Source: an uncultured Actinomycetota bacterium
GTDB taxonomy: Bacteria > Actinomycetota > Actinomycetes > UBA12327
Direction: 5' to 3'
Assembly (NCBI GenBank): GCA_963850215.1
Contig: CAWKKI010000011.1
Location: forward strand, 219,776 to 283,775
Length of the DNA stretch: 64,000 bases
In this document: one piece after another, positions 51,438 to 59,586 of the stretch
Position numbering within the stretch: position 1 is the first letter of the stretch
Layout: each line of letters opens with the position of its first letter
Notes under the pieces: generated by a model
Databases searched by the model: none
Seen by the model: only the letters and a program-made list of their open reading frames with translations
Told to the model about the DNA's origin: nothing
Position numbers and translations under genes: made by a program

Positions 51438-53261
51438 GTGCTGCTGTTGATCGCGGTCGGGTTCGTCGCCGGGCTCATCACTGGCCTCTCGCCGTGCATC
51501 CTCCCGGTCCTGCCGGTCGTCTTCGTTGCTGGCGGTTCGCAGGCGCGGGCGGGCGAGGCGGCCGCGTCGACCACCTCGGCGACAGCCGATCGGCTCAACT
51601 CCTCGGAGCGGGCAGCCGCCGACTCTGAAGACGGCGGCTCGGTTGCGACAGCCGTCCGCAGGAAGACCGAGATGCGCGAGAGCCGCAGTCGTTCGCGCCG
51701 CCCGTTCCTCGTCGTCGCGGGACTGGTGATCTCGTTCGCCTTCTTCACCCTTCTCGGCTCGTCGCTGCTCACCGCCTTGCACTTACCCGAGGATCTGCTG
51801 CGCAACGTCGGTCTCGTAATCCTCGCTGCCATCGGAGTTGGCCTGCTCGTTCCCCGATTTGGTGATCTGCTCGAACGTCCGTTTGTGCGCATCGCCAAGC
51901 CCAAGGTCAATCGCGACGGCAACGCGTTCGTACTTGGACTTGGCCTCGGTCTGGTGTTCGTTCCCTGCGCCGGTCCGGTGCTCGCCGCGATCACAGTTGT
52001 AGGCGCGAGCGGACACATCGGCTTCCGCAGCGTTGTGCTGACGATCGCATTCGCTGCTGGTGTCGCCGTGCCGCTGTTCTTGTTCGCCCTCGCGGGTGAG
52101 CAGGTAAGCACGCGCACCCGCGCCTTTCAAACGCATGCCGGCCTGTTTAGAAGGATCAGCGGCGTGGTCTTGATCGTGATGGCAATCGCGATCGCGTTCA
52201 ACGCGTCGGACTTCGTTCAGCGTGCGATCCCGACGTACACGAACGGTCTGCAAAACGCAGTCGAGGGCAACGCCGCCGCCCAGCGGCAACTTCAGTCGGT
52301 CACGAACGCGCACTCAAGCGATGCCGACCTGACCAAGTGCACGGAGGATGCGGACGCACTCGGGGAGTGCGGTCAAGCCCCAGCCATCGCCGGCATCAGC
52401 GGCTGGTTCAACACTCCGGGCAATCAACCGCTCTCGCTGAGTCAGTTGCACGGCAAAGTTGTGATCCTCGACTTCTGGACGTACTCCTGCATCAACTGCC
52501 AGCGCACGATCCCGCACCTAGAGGCCTGGTGGCGCGCCTATGGTGGCGATGGCCTCGAGATCATCGGAGTGCACACGCCGGAGTTTCCGTTTGAGCACGT
52601 GCCATCCAATGTGAAGGCGGGCGCCGCGCAGCTCGGCGTCACGTATCCGGTCGCAATCGACAACGACTACGGGACGTGGAACGCGTACGCCAACGAGTAC
52701 TGGCCAGCCGAGTACCTGATTGATTCGACTGGAACGATCCGGCACCTGCAATTCGGTGAGGGCGACTACGCGCAGTCGGAGAAGTTCATCAGGCAGCTTC
52801 TCGTCGCGGCGAACCCGAAGGTCGTGCTGCCAGCCGCGACCGAGGTCCCCGACACAACGCCCAATGCAGAGCTCACCCCGGAGAGCTACATCGGCTACAA
52901 CCGACTGGACAACATCGACAACCCGAATGTCGCCAAGGAAGTCTCCACGCTCTACACCCTTCCCGCCTCGATCGAGCCGGACGACTTCGCGCTGGGCGGT
53001 CGATGGACCATCCACGCCGAAGACGCCGTCGCAGGTGATGCCGCGACTCTTGCGCTGAACTTCACCGCCCATTACGTCTATCTGGTCCTGGGCGGCACCG
53101 GCACGGTGTCCGTTGATGTCGACGGCGCGCAGCAAAAGTCGATCACTGTCAGCGGCAACCCGCGCCTGTACACGTTGGTCAGCGGCAGCGCGCTGCAGAA
53201 AGCCGTGCTGCACATGTCCGCATCCCCTGGGGTACAGGCGTACGCCTTTACTTTCGGCTGA
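51438..53261 (+). CDS. dipZ: Cytochrome c biogenesis CcdA/DsbD-like membrane domain fused to a thioredoxin-like domain (DipZ-type)
   Basis: 607 aa. The N-terminal membrane domain has LSPCILPVLP and FVPCAGPVLA. The redoxin domain has WTYSCINCQRTIPHL. GAGGAGG lies upstream of GTG. Confidence 0.85.
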   Translation: MLLLIAVGFVAGLITGLSPCILPVLPVVFVAGGSQARAGEAAASTTSATADRLNSSERAAADSEDGGSVATAVRRKTEMRESRSRSRRPFLVVAGLVISFAFFTLLGSSLLTALHLPEDLLRNVGLVILAAIGVGLLVPRFGDLLERPFVRIAKPKVNRDGNAFVLGLGLGLVFVPCAGPVLAAITVVGASGHIGFRSVVLTIAFAAGVAVPLFLFALAGEQVSTRTRAFQTHAGLFRRISGVVLIVMAIAIAFNASDFVQRAIPTYTNGLQNAVEGNAAAQRQLQSVTNAHSSDADLTKCTEDADALGECGQAPAIAGISGWFNTPGNQPLSLSQLHGKVVILDFWTYSCINCQRTIPHLEAWWRAYGGDGLEIIGVHTPEFPFEHVPSNVKAGAAQLGVTYPVAIDNDYGTWNAYANEYWPAEYLIDSTGTIRHLQFGEGDYAQSEKFIRQLLVAANPKVVLPAATEVPDTTPNAELTPESYIGYNRLDNIDNPNVAKEVSTLYTLPASIEPDDFALGGRWTIHAEDAVAGDAATLALNFTAHYVYLVLGGTGTVSVDVDGAQQKSITVSGNPRLYTLVSGSALQKAVLHMSASPGVQAYAFTFG

Positions 53262-53396
53262 GCACATGTGGCTGAGTTAGCGAGTCCACAGGCCCTGCCG
53301 GTGCACAGTTGTCAGTGCCTGTCTCGTCAGCGCACGTACGCGATTCACCCTTGACCCCAGTCGGCGTCACGACGGACGCCCGGTCAGGGAGAGCGC

Positions 53397-53909
53397 GTGA
53401 GCGAATTCATCACCACCGTCATCGGAAATGTTGTCAACGATGTGCGTTCCTCGGTCACCAAGACCGGGACCGAGGTCTGCTCGTTCCGCCTGGCCAGCAC
53501 ACCGCGCCGCTATGACCGTGGGATCGGTCAATGGGTGGATGGCGACACGTCCTTCGTGAACGTCACCTGCTGGCGTCGCCTTGCCCGCCATGTGCGCGAG
53601 TCCGTGCATCGAGGAGATCCGGTCCTTGTCCATGGGCGGCTTCGGGTGCGCGAGTACGAGACCGAGGATGGTCGTAAGGGAACCTCGGTCGAGGTCGATG
53701 CCGTCTCGGTCGGCCATGACATGAGTCGGGGGACAAGCCAGTTCGTGCGGCCACAGCGTGAACGCGAACTAGCCCCCGGCCCCGAGCGCGATCATCTCGA
53801 CGCCGCGGCGCCGGGCTGGGATGCCGAACCTGTGGAATCGACTCCAGAGGCGGCTTCGGAAGCCGTCGGGGGCGAAGCCACGGCGGAAGAGGGCGAGATC
53901 GCTGCATAG
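53397..53909 (+). CDS. ssb: Single-stranded DNA-binding protein paralogue
   Basis: It has an OB-fold N-terminal region and an acidic tail. Its position directly upstream of ettA matches Mycobacterium tuberculosis Rv2478c-Rv2477c. Confidence 0.85.
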   Translation: MSEFITTVIGNVVNDVRSSVTKTGTEVCSFRLASTPRRYDRGIGQWVDGDTSFVNVTCWRRLARHVRESVHRGDPVLVHGRLRVREYETEDGRKGTSVEVDAVSVGHDMSRGTSQFVRPQRERELAPGPERDHLDAAAPGWDAEPVESTPEAASEAVGGEATAEEGEIAA

Positions 53910-53918
53910 GCTTGCGCC

Positions 53919-55589
53919 ATGCCCGAGTTCATCTATGTCATGTCGAAGGCCCGTAAGGCTCACGGCGACAAGGTCATCCTCGATGACGTCACCCTCGCCT
54001 TCCTGCCTGGAGCCAAGATCGGCGTGGTCGGGCCTAACGGTGCGGGTAAGTCCAGCGTGCTGCGGATCATGGCCGGCCTTGACCATCCGTCCAACGGTGA
54101 CGCAACGCTTAGCGTCGGATACTCCGTGGGCATCCTCGAGCAGGAGCCGCAACTCGACCCGACGAAGAATGTGCTCGAGAACGTCGAAGACGGCGTGCGC
54201 GAGACGAAGGACTTGCTCCATCGCTACAACGAGATCACCGAGGCGCTTACTGATCCCGATGCCGACTACGACACGTTGCTCGCCGAGATGGGCAAGCTCC
54301 AGGAGCAGTTAGACCATCGCAATGCGTGGGACTTGGACTCGCAGCTCGAACAGGCGATGGACGCGCTGCGGTGCCCGTCACCCGATGCCGACGTGACCAT
54401 CCTCTCCGGTGGCGAGCGTCGCCGCGTTGCCCTATGCCGGCTGCTGCTGCAAAAGCCAGACTTGCTTCTCCTGGACGAGCCCACCAACCACCTCGACGCA
54501 GAGAGCGTGCAGTGGCTCGAGCAGCACCTGGAGAAGTACGAGGGCACCGTCGTGGCGGTCACACACGACCGGTATTTCCTCGACAACGTGGCGCAGTGGA
54601 TCCTCGAGCTCGACCGTGGTCGCGCCTACCCCTACGAGGGCAACTACTCGACTTATCTGGAGACGAAGTCGACCCGTTTGAAGGTCGAGGGGCAGAAGGA
54701 CGCCAAGCGCGCCAAGCGACTCAAGGACGAGCTGGAGTGGGTGCGCTCCAACCCGAAGGCCCGCCAGGCCAAGAGCCGTTCGCGCCTGGCTCGTTACGAG
54801 GAGATGGCGGCGGAGGCCGAGAAGACTCGCAAGCTCGACTTCGAGGAGATCCAAATCCCGCCGGGGCCGCGCCTGGGCAACGTCGTGGTCGAGGCCGATC
54901 ACCTGACCAAGGGCTTCGACGACCGAGTGCTCATCGACGATCTGTCGTTCACGCTGCCGCGCAACGGCATCGTCGGCGTCATCGGTCCCAACGGTGCTGG
55001 CAAGACGACGCTGTTCAAGATGATCATCGGCGAGCAGAAGCCGGACTCCGGTGAGCTGCGGGTCGGCGAGACCGTGAAGATTTCCTACGTCGACCAGAAC
55101 CGTGAAGGCATGGACGGCTCCAAGACGGTGTGGGAGCTCATCTCTGACGGGCTCGACTTCATCAAGGTCGGCAACACCGAGATGCCTTCGCGTGCGTATG
55201 TGGGCGCGTTCGGTTTCAAGGGTCCAGACCAACAGAAACCCGTTGGCGTGCTCTCCGGTGGAGAACGAAACCGGCTCAATCTCGCGCTCACGTTGAAGCA
55301 GGGCGGGAACACGCTGCTGCTCGACGAGCCGACCAACGACCTCGATGTCGAAACACTGTCGTCGTTGGAAGAAGCGTTGCTGGAGTTTCCGGGCTGCGCG
55401 GTCATCACGTCCCACGACCGATGGTTCCTCGACCGCACCGCGACGCACATCCTGGCGTACGAAGGCGATTCGCAGTGGTTCTGGTTCGAGGGGAACTTCG
55501 ATTCCTACGAGAAGAACAAGGTCGAGCGACTCGGGCCTGAGGCGGCCCGACCGCACCGCGCCACCTACCGCAAGCTCACCCGAGGCTGA
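53919..55589 (+). CDS. ettA: Energy-dependent translational throttle protein EttA (ABC-F)
   Basis: 556 aa with the N-terminus MPEFIYVMSKARKAHGDKVILDDV. It has two ABC cassettes (GPNGAGKSS and GPNGAGKTT) and an arm/linker region. Confidence 0.95.
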   Translation: MPEFIYVMSKARKAHGDKVILDDVTLAFLPGAKIGVVGPNGAGKSSVLRIMAGLDHPSNGDATLSVGYSVGILEQEPQLDPTKNVLENVEDGVRETKDLLHRYNEITEALTDPDADYDTLLAEMGKLQEQLDHRNAWDLDSQLEQAMDALRCPSPDADVTILSGGERRRVALCRLLLQKPDLLLLDEPTNHLDAESVQWLEQHLEKYEGTVVAVTHDRYFLDNVAQWILELDRGRAYPYEGNYSTYLETKSTRLKVEGQKDAKRAKRLKDELEWVRSNPKARQAKSRSRLARYEEMAAEAEKTRKLDFEEIQIPPGPRLGNVVVEADHLTKGFDDRVLIDDLSFTLPRNGIVGVIGPNGAGKTTLFKMIIGEQKPDSGELRVGETVKISYVDQNREGMDGSKTVWELISDGLDFIKVGNTEMPSRAYVGAFGFKGPDQQKPVGVLSGGERNRLNLALTLKQGGNTLLLDEPTNDLDVETLSSLEEALLEFPGCAVITSHDRWFLDRTATHILAYEGDSQWFWFEGNFDSYEKNKVERLGPEAARPHRATYRKLTRG

Positions 55590-55593
55590 GCGA

Positions 55594-56022
55594 GTGACTC
55601 GGCACGTCTACCAGTGCCCTATGCGCTGGTCGGACATGGATGCTTTCGGTCACGTCAACAACGTCACCTTCCTGACCTACCTGGAAGAAGCGCGGGTGGA
55701 CCTCCTGCTCAACGCGGGCGGTCCCGAAGGTGCCCAGTTGCTCGCGACCGGTGTGGTGATCGCCCGGCACGAGGTCGACTACCGGAGGCCGCTCGTGCAT
55801 CGGATGGAGCCGGTGTCGATCGAGTTGTGGGCTAGCGAGATTCGCGCGTCTTCGTTCCGCATCGGCTACCGCGTCGTCGACTTTGCCGAGGCGGGCAGTG
55901 ACACCAAAGACATCCTCTACGTCGAGGCCGAGAGCGTGCTCGTGCCTTACGACCTGACCAGCCACTCGATTCGTCGGCTCACCGATGCCGAGCGCGAGTT
56001 CCTCGAGCGCTACCGCGAGTAG
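55594..56022 (+). CDS. Acyl-CoA thioesterase (hotdog fold, YbgC/4HBT-like)
   Basis: ORF 55345..56022 was trimmed to GTG 55594. It carries RWSDMDAFGHVNNVTFLTYLEEAR. Confidence 0.8.
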   Translation: MTRHVYQCPMRWSDMDAFGHVNNVTFLTYLEEARVDLLLNAGGPEGAQLLATGVVIARHEVDYRRPLVHRMEPVSIELWASEIRASSFRIGYRVVDFAEAGSDTKDILYVEAESVLVPYDLTSHSIRRLTDAEREFLERYRE

Positions 56023-56067
56023 CCGCCCGCACGCGGGCCCGAGCGGGAATCCCCGGCCAGGGCACCG

Positions 56068-56505
56068 CTAGTCGGCGTGCGGCAGCGACGTGCGCTCGCC
56101 CGGACTTACATCCGGCTCAGCGTCGAACGTGTTCACCATGCTGTGCGCGGCCATCACGAAGTAGTCCCAGATGGCTCGATCCAAGTCGGGCGGCAGTTCG
56201 ACCGAGTTCAAGGCATCTCGCATATGCCGCAGCCAACGGTCTCGTTGGGCCTCATCGATACGAAACGGCGCATGCCGCATCCGCAGTCGGGGATGACCAC
56301 GTTGTTCGTGGTAGGTCGCTGGTCCGCCCCAGTACTGCTCGAGGAACATGCGCAGTCGGTCATTGGCAGGCGCGAGATCATCCTCGGGGTAGAGCGCTCG
56401 CAAATCCGGGTCGGTCGAAACTCCGGAGTAGAAGGCGTCGATGAGTTTGGTGAACGTATCGTGGCCGCCGAACGCCTCGTAGTACGTCTCCGCGTCGTCG
56501 CTCAC
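56068..56505 (-). CDS. glbO: Group II truncated haemoglobin
   Basis: 145 aa. It carries FYSGVSTDPDLRALYPEDDLAPANDRLRMFLEQYWGGPATYHEQRGHPRLRMRHAPF. Confidence 0.9.
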   Translation of the reverse strand: MSDDAETYYEAFGGHDTFTKLIDAFYSGVSTDPDLRALYPEDDLAPANDRLRMFLEQYWGGPATYHEQRGHPRLRMRHAPFRIDEAQRDRWLRHMRDALNSVELPPDLDRAIWDYFVMAAHSMVNTFDAEPDVSPGERTSLPHAD

Positions 56506-56539
56506 GCCTCCACCCTAGGTGGGCCGTGCGGTGTCGCAG

Positions 56540-58663
56540 CTAGTCAAGTGCCAGTCCGCTCACATGCGCTGCGAACGCCATCGTTTCCGTGGACAAGTCG
56601 AGGGACCTGCTCACCGAACGGGCTCCGTGACCGACGTCCTTCTCGCGACGCAGCAGGATAGGCGCGTCCCCACTTGTCGCAGCCTGCAACGCGGCGCACA
56701 GCTTGCGTGCATGCAAGGGATCGACCCGGCTGTCGCTGTCGAAGACCGTAAAGAGCGTCGCCGGGTAGTCAGTGCCAGCGTGCACGTGGTGGTACGGCGA
56801 GTAGGCGTGCAGCCAGCCGAATGCCTCGGCATCCGCAGCGCTCCCGTACTCGACGGTCCACGAGGCGCCGAGCCCGAAGAGCTCTGAACGCACCATGTCC
56901 AGCAGCGGCGCCGAACACACAATTCCGCCAAAAAGTTCGGGCCGTTGAGTCACAGCGGCTCCGACCAGCAGCCCCCCGTTGGATCCGCCCATCGCCACGA
57001 TTTGGTCAGGGGTGGAGCGCCCCGCGTCGATCAGCCATTCCGCGGCTGCGTAGAAATCGTCGAACGAGTTCTGCTTGTTCGCGAGCATCCCGTCGCGGTG
57101 CCACTCCTCGCCCTCCTCGCCGCCGCCGCGCAAGTTAGTCACAACGTAGGTCCCGCCGGCCTCCACCCACGCAAGGATGGACGCAGAGAACGCCGGCGTA
57201 AGCGAGATGCCGAAGCCGCCGTAGCCGTAGAGGATGGTCGGGCGCGGTTTGGTCGCCGGGGATTCGTCCAACCCGTTATTGGACTTCTCCGAATCTGCGC
57301 CCGGCGACATCACGAACATGCGCACCGCGGTGCCATCCTTCGATGTGTACGTGACGTGCTCGGTGCGCACATCCGGCACGTCGACGTGTCCGGGCGCGGT
57401 TGCCCACGTGGTGATCGAACCGTCACGCGCGTCGAGCCGTGACACAAGCGACGGCGTGGTGTGGTCGGTGTACCCGAACCAGGCCTCGTACCCGCCCTCA
57501 GGTCGTTCGCTAAGCCCCGACAGCGTGCCCAGACCGGGCAGGGCGACCGAGTCGCGTTGCTGTCCGTCCGTCAGTGAATGGACGCTCATCTCGGAGACCG
57601 CGTGCCGACTCCAGACCACCAGCATCAACGGGTCTGGCAGCTCGGTTGTCTGATCAAGGATCGCGTACCCCTCCATCACCGCGTCCTCGCTCTGCGGGAT
57701 CAAGTCGGTCCAATGCTCGGCGGTCGGGGTTCGCGGGTCGGCGACGCAGACCCGGCCCAGCGGAGCGTCGAGGTCGGTGAAGACATAGAGCCGGCCGTCT
57801 CGACCAACTTCGACACCTGTCTGGGCATCGACGCCTTCCTGCACTGTGACCAGGTCAGGTGCCTCAAGTGAGCTTGCGGAAAGGTCGGCCAGCCAGACGT
57901 CGTTGCGGGGCGCGGTCCCTTCCGATGCTGAGATCGTGAGCCAACGACCATCACGGCTGACCGAGACACCGAAGTAAGAGGTCATCGCCTGGTCCTCGCC
58001 GAAGATGCACACGTCCTCGGCCGGATCAGAGCCAACCCGGTGCAGCCAGACCCGGCGGTGGTACTGCGTCTCGCCCTCGGGCACGAGATCGGCGGCTAGC
58101 CGGCGCACGAAGTAGTACTCCTTCCCGCCAGGGACGAAGGCGACCGGCGAATACCTGGCTCGGTCTATCGGCCCGTCGACGATGGCGCCCGACTCGACGT
58201 CCATGACTCGCAGGACCGACTCCTCATCGCCACCCTCGGAGAGTTGGTAGGCGAGCAGGTCGCCCTCCTTCGAGGGCTGCCATCCATCGAGTGTCGTGAG
58301 ACCGCTCGGGTCGATCACAGCAGGGTCGAGCAGGACGCGCTCTAGCCCGTCGCCCCCCTTGGTGATCAGCCGAGGATGCTCGGCGCCGGGATCTCGGCGA
58401 ACGAAGAATTGACGCTCACCCCGCCACACCGGCACCGACACGGCACCTGCATCCACCAACTCGTTGAGACGGGTGCGGATCCGCGCCTGACCAGGCCAGG
58501 TCAGTGCTTCGGCTGCATAGATCGCGTCCTGGGCGGTCGACCACGCCTCAACCTCGGGGTGGGCCGCGTCCTCGAGCCAGCGGTAGGGGTCGGCGACGCT
58601 GACACCATGCAGGACCTCGTTGATCTCGTCGCGTCGGGCGGCCGGATAGTCGCGGTGGCTCAT
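56540..58663 (-). CDS. Prolyl oligopeptidase (S9A) family serine peptidase
   Basis: ORF 56540..58768 was trimmed to ATG 58663. It carries VADPYRWLED, the nucleophile GGSNGGLL, and a C-terminal GHG. Confidence 0.85.
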   Translation of the reverse strand: MSHRDYPAARRDEINEVLHGVSVADPYRWLEDAAHPEVEAWSTAQDAIYAAEALTWPGQARIRTRLNELVDAGAVSVPVWRGERQFFVRRDPGAEHPRLITKGGDGLERVLLDPAVIDPSGLTTLDGWQPSKEGDLLAYQLSEGGDEESVLRVMDVESGAIVDGPIDRARYSPVAFVPGGKEYYFVRRLAADLVPEGETQYHRRVWLHRVGSDPAEDVCIFGEDQAMTSYFGVSVSRDGRWLTISASEGTAPRNDVWLADLSASSLEAPDLVTVQEGVDAQTGVEVGRDGRLYVFTDLDAPLGRVCVADPRTPTAEHWTDLIPQSEDAVMEGYAILDQTTELPDPLMLVVWSRHAVSEMSVHSLTDGQQRDSVALPGLGTLSGLSERPEGGYEAWFGYTDHTTPSLVSRLDARDGSITTWATAPGHVDVPDVRTEHVTYTSKDGTAVRMFVMSPGADSEKSNNGLDESPATKPRPTILYGYGGFGISLTPAFSASILAWVEAGGTYVVTNLRGGGEEGEEWHRDGMLANKQNSFDDFYAAAEWLIDAGRSTPDQIVAMGGSNGGLLVGAAVTQRPELFGGIVCSAPLLDMVRSELFGLGASWTVEYGSAADAEAFGWLHAYSPYHHVHAGTDYPATLFTVFDSDSRVDPLHARKLCAALQAATSGDAPILLRREKDVGHGARSVSRSLDLSTETMAFAAHVSGLALD

Positions 58664-58713
58664 GACCGGCCACCCTAAGCGTCTTGCCCGTGTGGTCCGG
58701 GTAGCGTTGCCCC

Positions 58714-59079
58714 GTGACTCGACGCGCATGGATGCGGCCGGCCATCTGGCTCGGTACTGCGGCCTCACTTGTCGTCGGCTCAGTGCTCGCGACGACAGTC
58801 AACGCATCGGCACTGACCACCGATCTCGATGTGAAGAGCCCTTCAGGTCTGACCACGTGGCAGACCGTTCTGATCTTCGTCTGTTTGCCCCTGGGCATGT
58901 GGGGCCTGATCGGGATCCTCGTGTACGCGACCTCGCGGTCAGGCGGCACACGTCGTCGAGCGGGCGAGGCATGGGAGGGGACGCCGGCGTGGTTCGGTGG
59001 CCCGAAGGCGACGTCCGCAAACGCGATCGAATCTGCTGCTCCGACGTCCGACGGAGGTGGCTCGAGTGCCGAGTGGTGA
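58714..59079 (+). CDS. Small secreted/membrane protein, possibly CtaJ-like (aa3 oxidase supercomplex-associated)
   Basis: 121 aa with a signal-like N-terminus and the TM helix TVLIFVCLPLGMWGLIGILVY. Its position next to the DUF5130 gene and pepN mirrors the Mycobacterium smegmatis neighbourhood. The call is tentative. Confidence 0.5.
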   Translation: MTRRAWMRPAIWLGTAASLVVGSVLATTVNASALTTDLDVKSPSGLTTWQTVLIFVCLPLGMWGLIGILVYATSRSGGTRRRAGEAWEGTPAWFGGPKATSANAIESAAPTSDGGGSSAEW

Positions 59080-59455
59080 GGCGTTCACCACGCAGCAGAA
59101 CACCGATATCTCCCGTGCGATCTCGCACGCTCGTGCGTCAAGCGGTATGCCGTACTCGGTCTACGTCGGCTCGATCGACGGTGACCTGCGCGAGCACGCA
59201 CTCAAGCTGCACGCGTCTCTTCCCAATTCAGCTGCATCGGTCCTTGTGGCCGTCGATCCCGATGCGCATCGGCTTGAGATCGTCACTGGGCACCAGGCCA
59301 AGCTCTGGCTCGATGACCGCGCGTGCGCGTTGGCTGCCATGAGCATGCGAACCCAGTTCGAGAGTGGCGACATCGTTGGTGGGATCTGCAACGGCTTGGC
59401 CACCCTCGCCGAGCACGCGCGTCACCCGCGCACTCTGCACACCGACCAGCCCTGA
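59066..59455 (+). CDS. DUF5130-family (TPM-like) protein
   Basis: GTG 59066 has GGAGG 8 nt upstream. The translation is FTTQQNTDISRAISHARASSGMPYSVYVGSIDGD...VAVDPDAHRLEIVTG. Confidence 0.7.
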   Translation: MPSGEAFTTQQNTDISRAISHARASSGMPYSVYVGSIDGDLREHALKLHASLPNSAASVLVAVDPDAHRLEIVTGHQAKLWLDDRACALAAMSMRTQFESGDIVGGICNGLATLAEHARHPRTLHTDQP

Positions 59456-59494
59456 CATCCAGCGACTCGCGCGACTGTCTGGCGCTCGACGCGT

Positions 59495-59569
59495 CATAGC
59501 GCGCTGAGTCCCAGACGGCTCGGGGCGTTGCGAAGCGGCATAGCGCGCGGAGTCCCAGACGGCTCGGGG
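59495..59569 (+). repeat. Direct repeat of a 31-bp core at 44-bp spacing in a convergent intergenic region
   Basis: CATAGCGCGCTGAGTCCCAGACGGCTCGGGG (59495-59525) and CATAGCGCGCGGAGTCCCAGACGGCTCGGGG (59539-59569) differ by 1 mismatch. Confidence 0.85.
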
Positions 59570-59586
59570 AGTGGGCGCGGAGGCGC

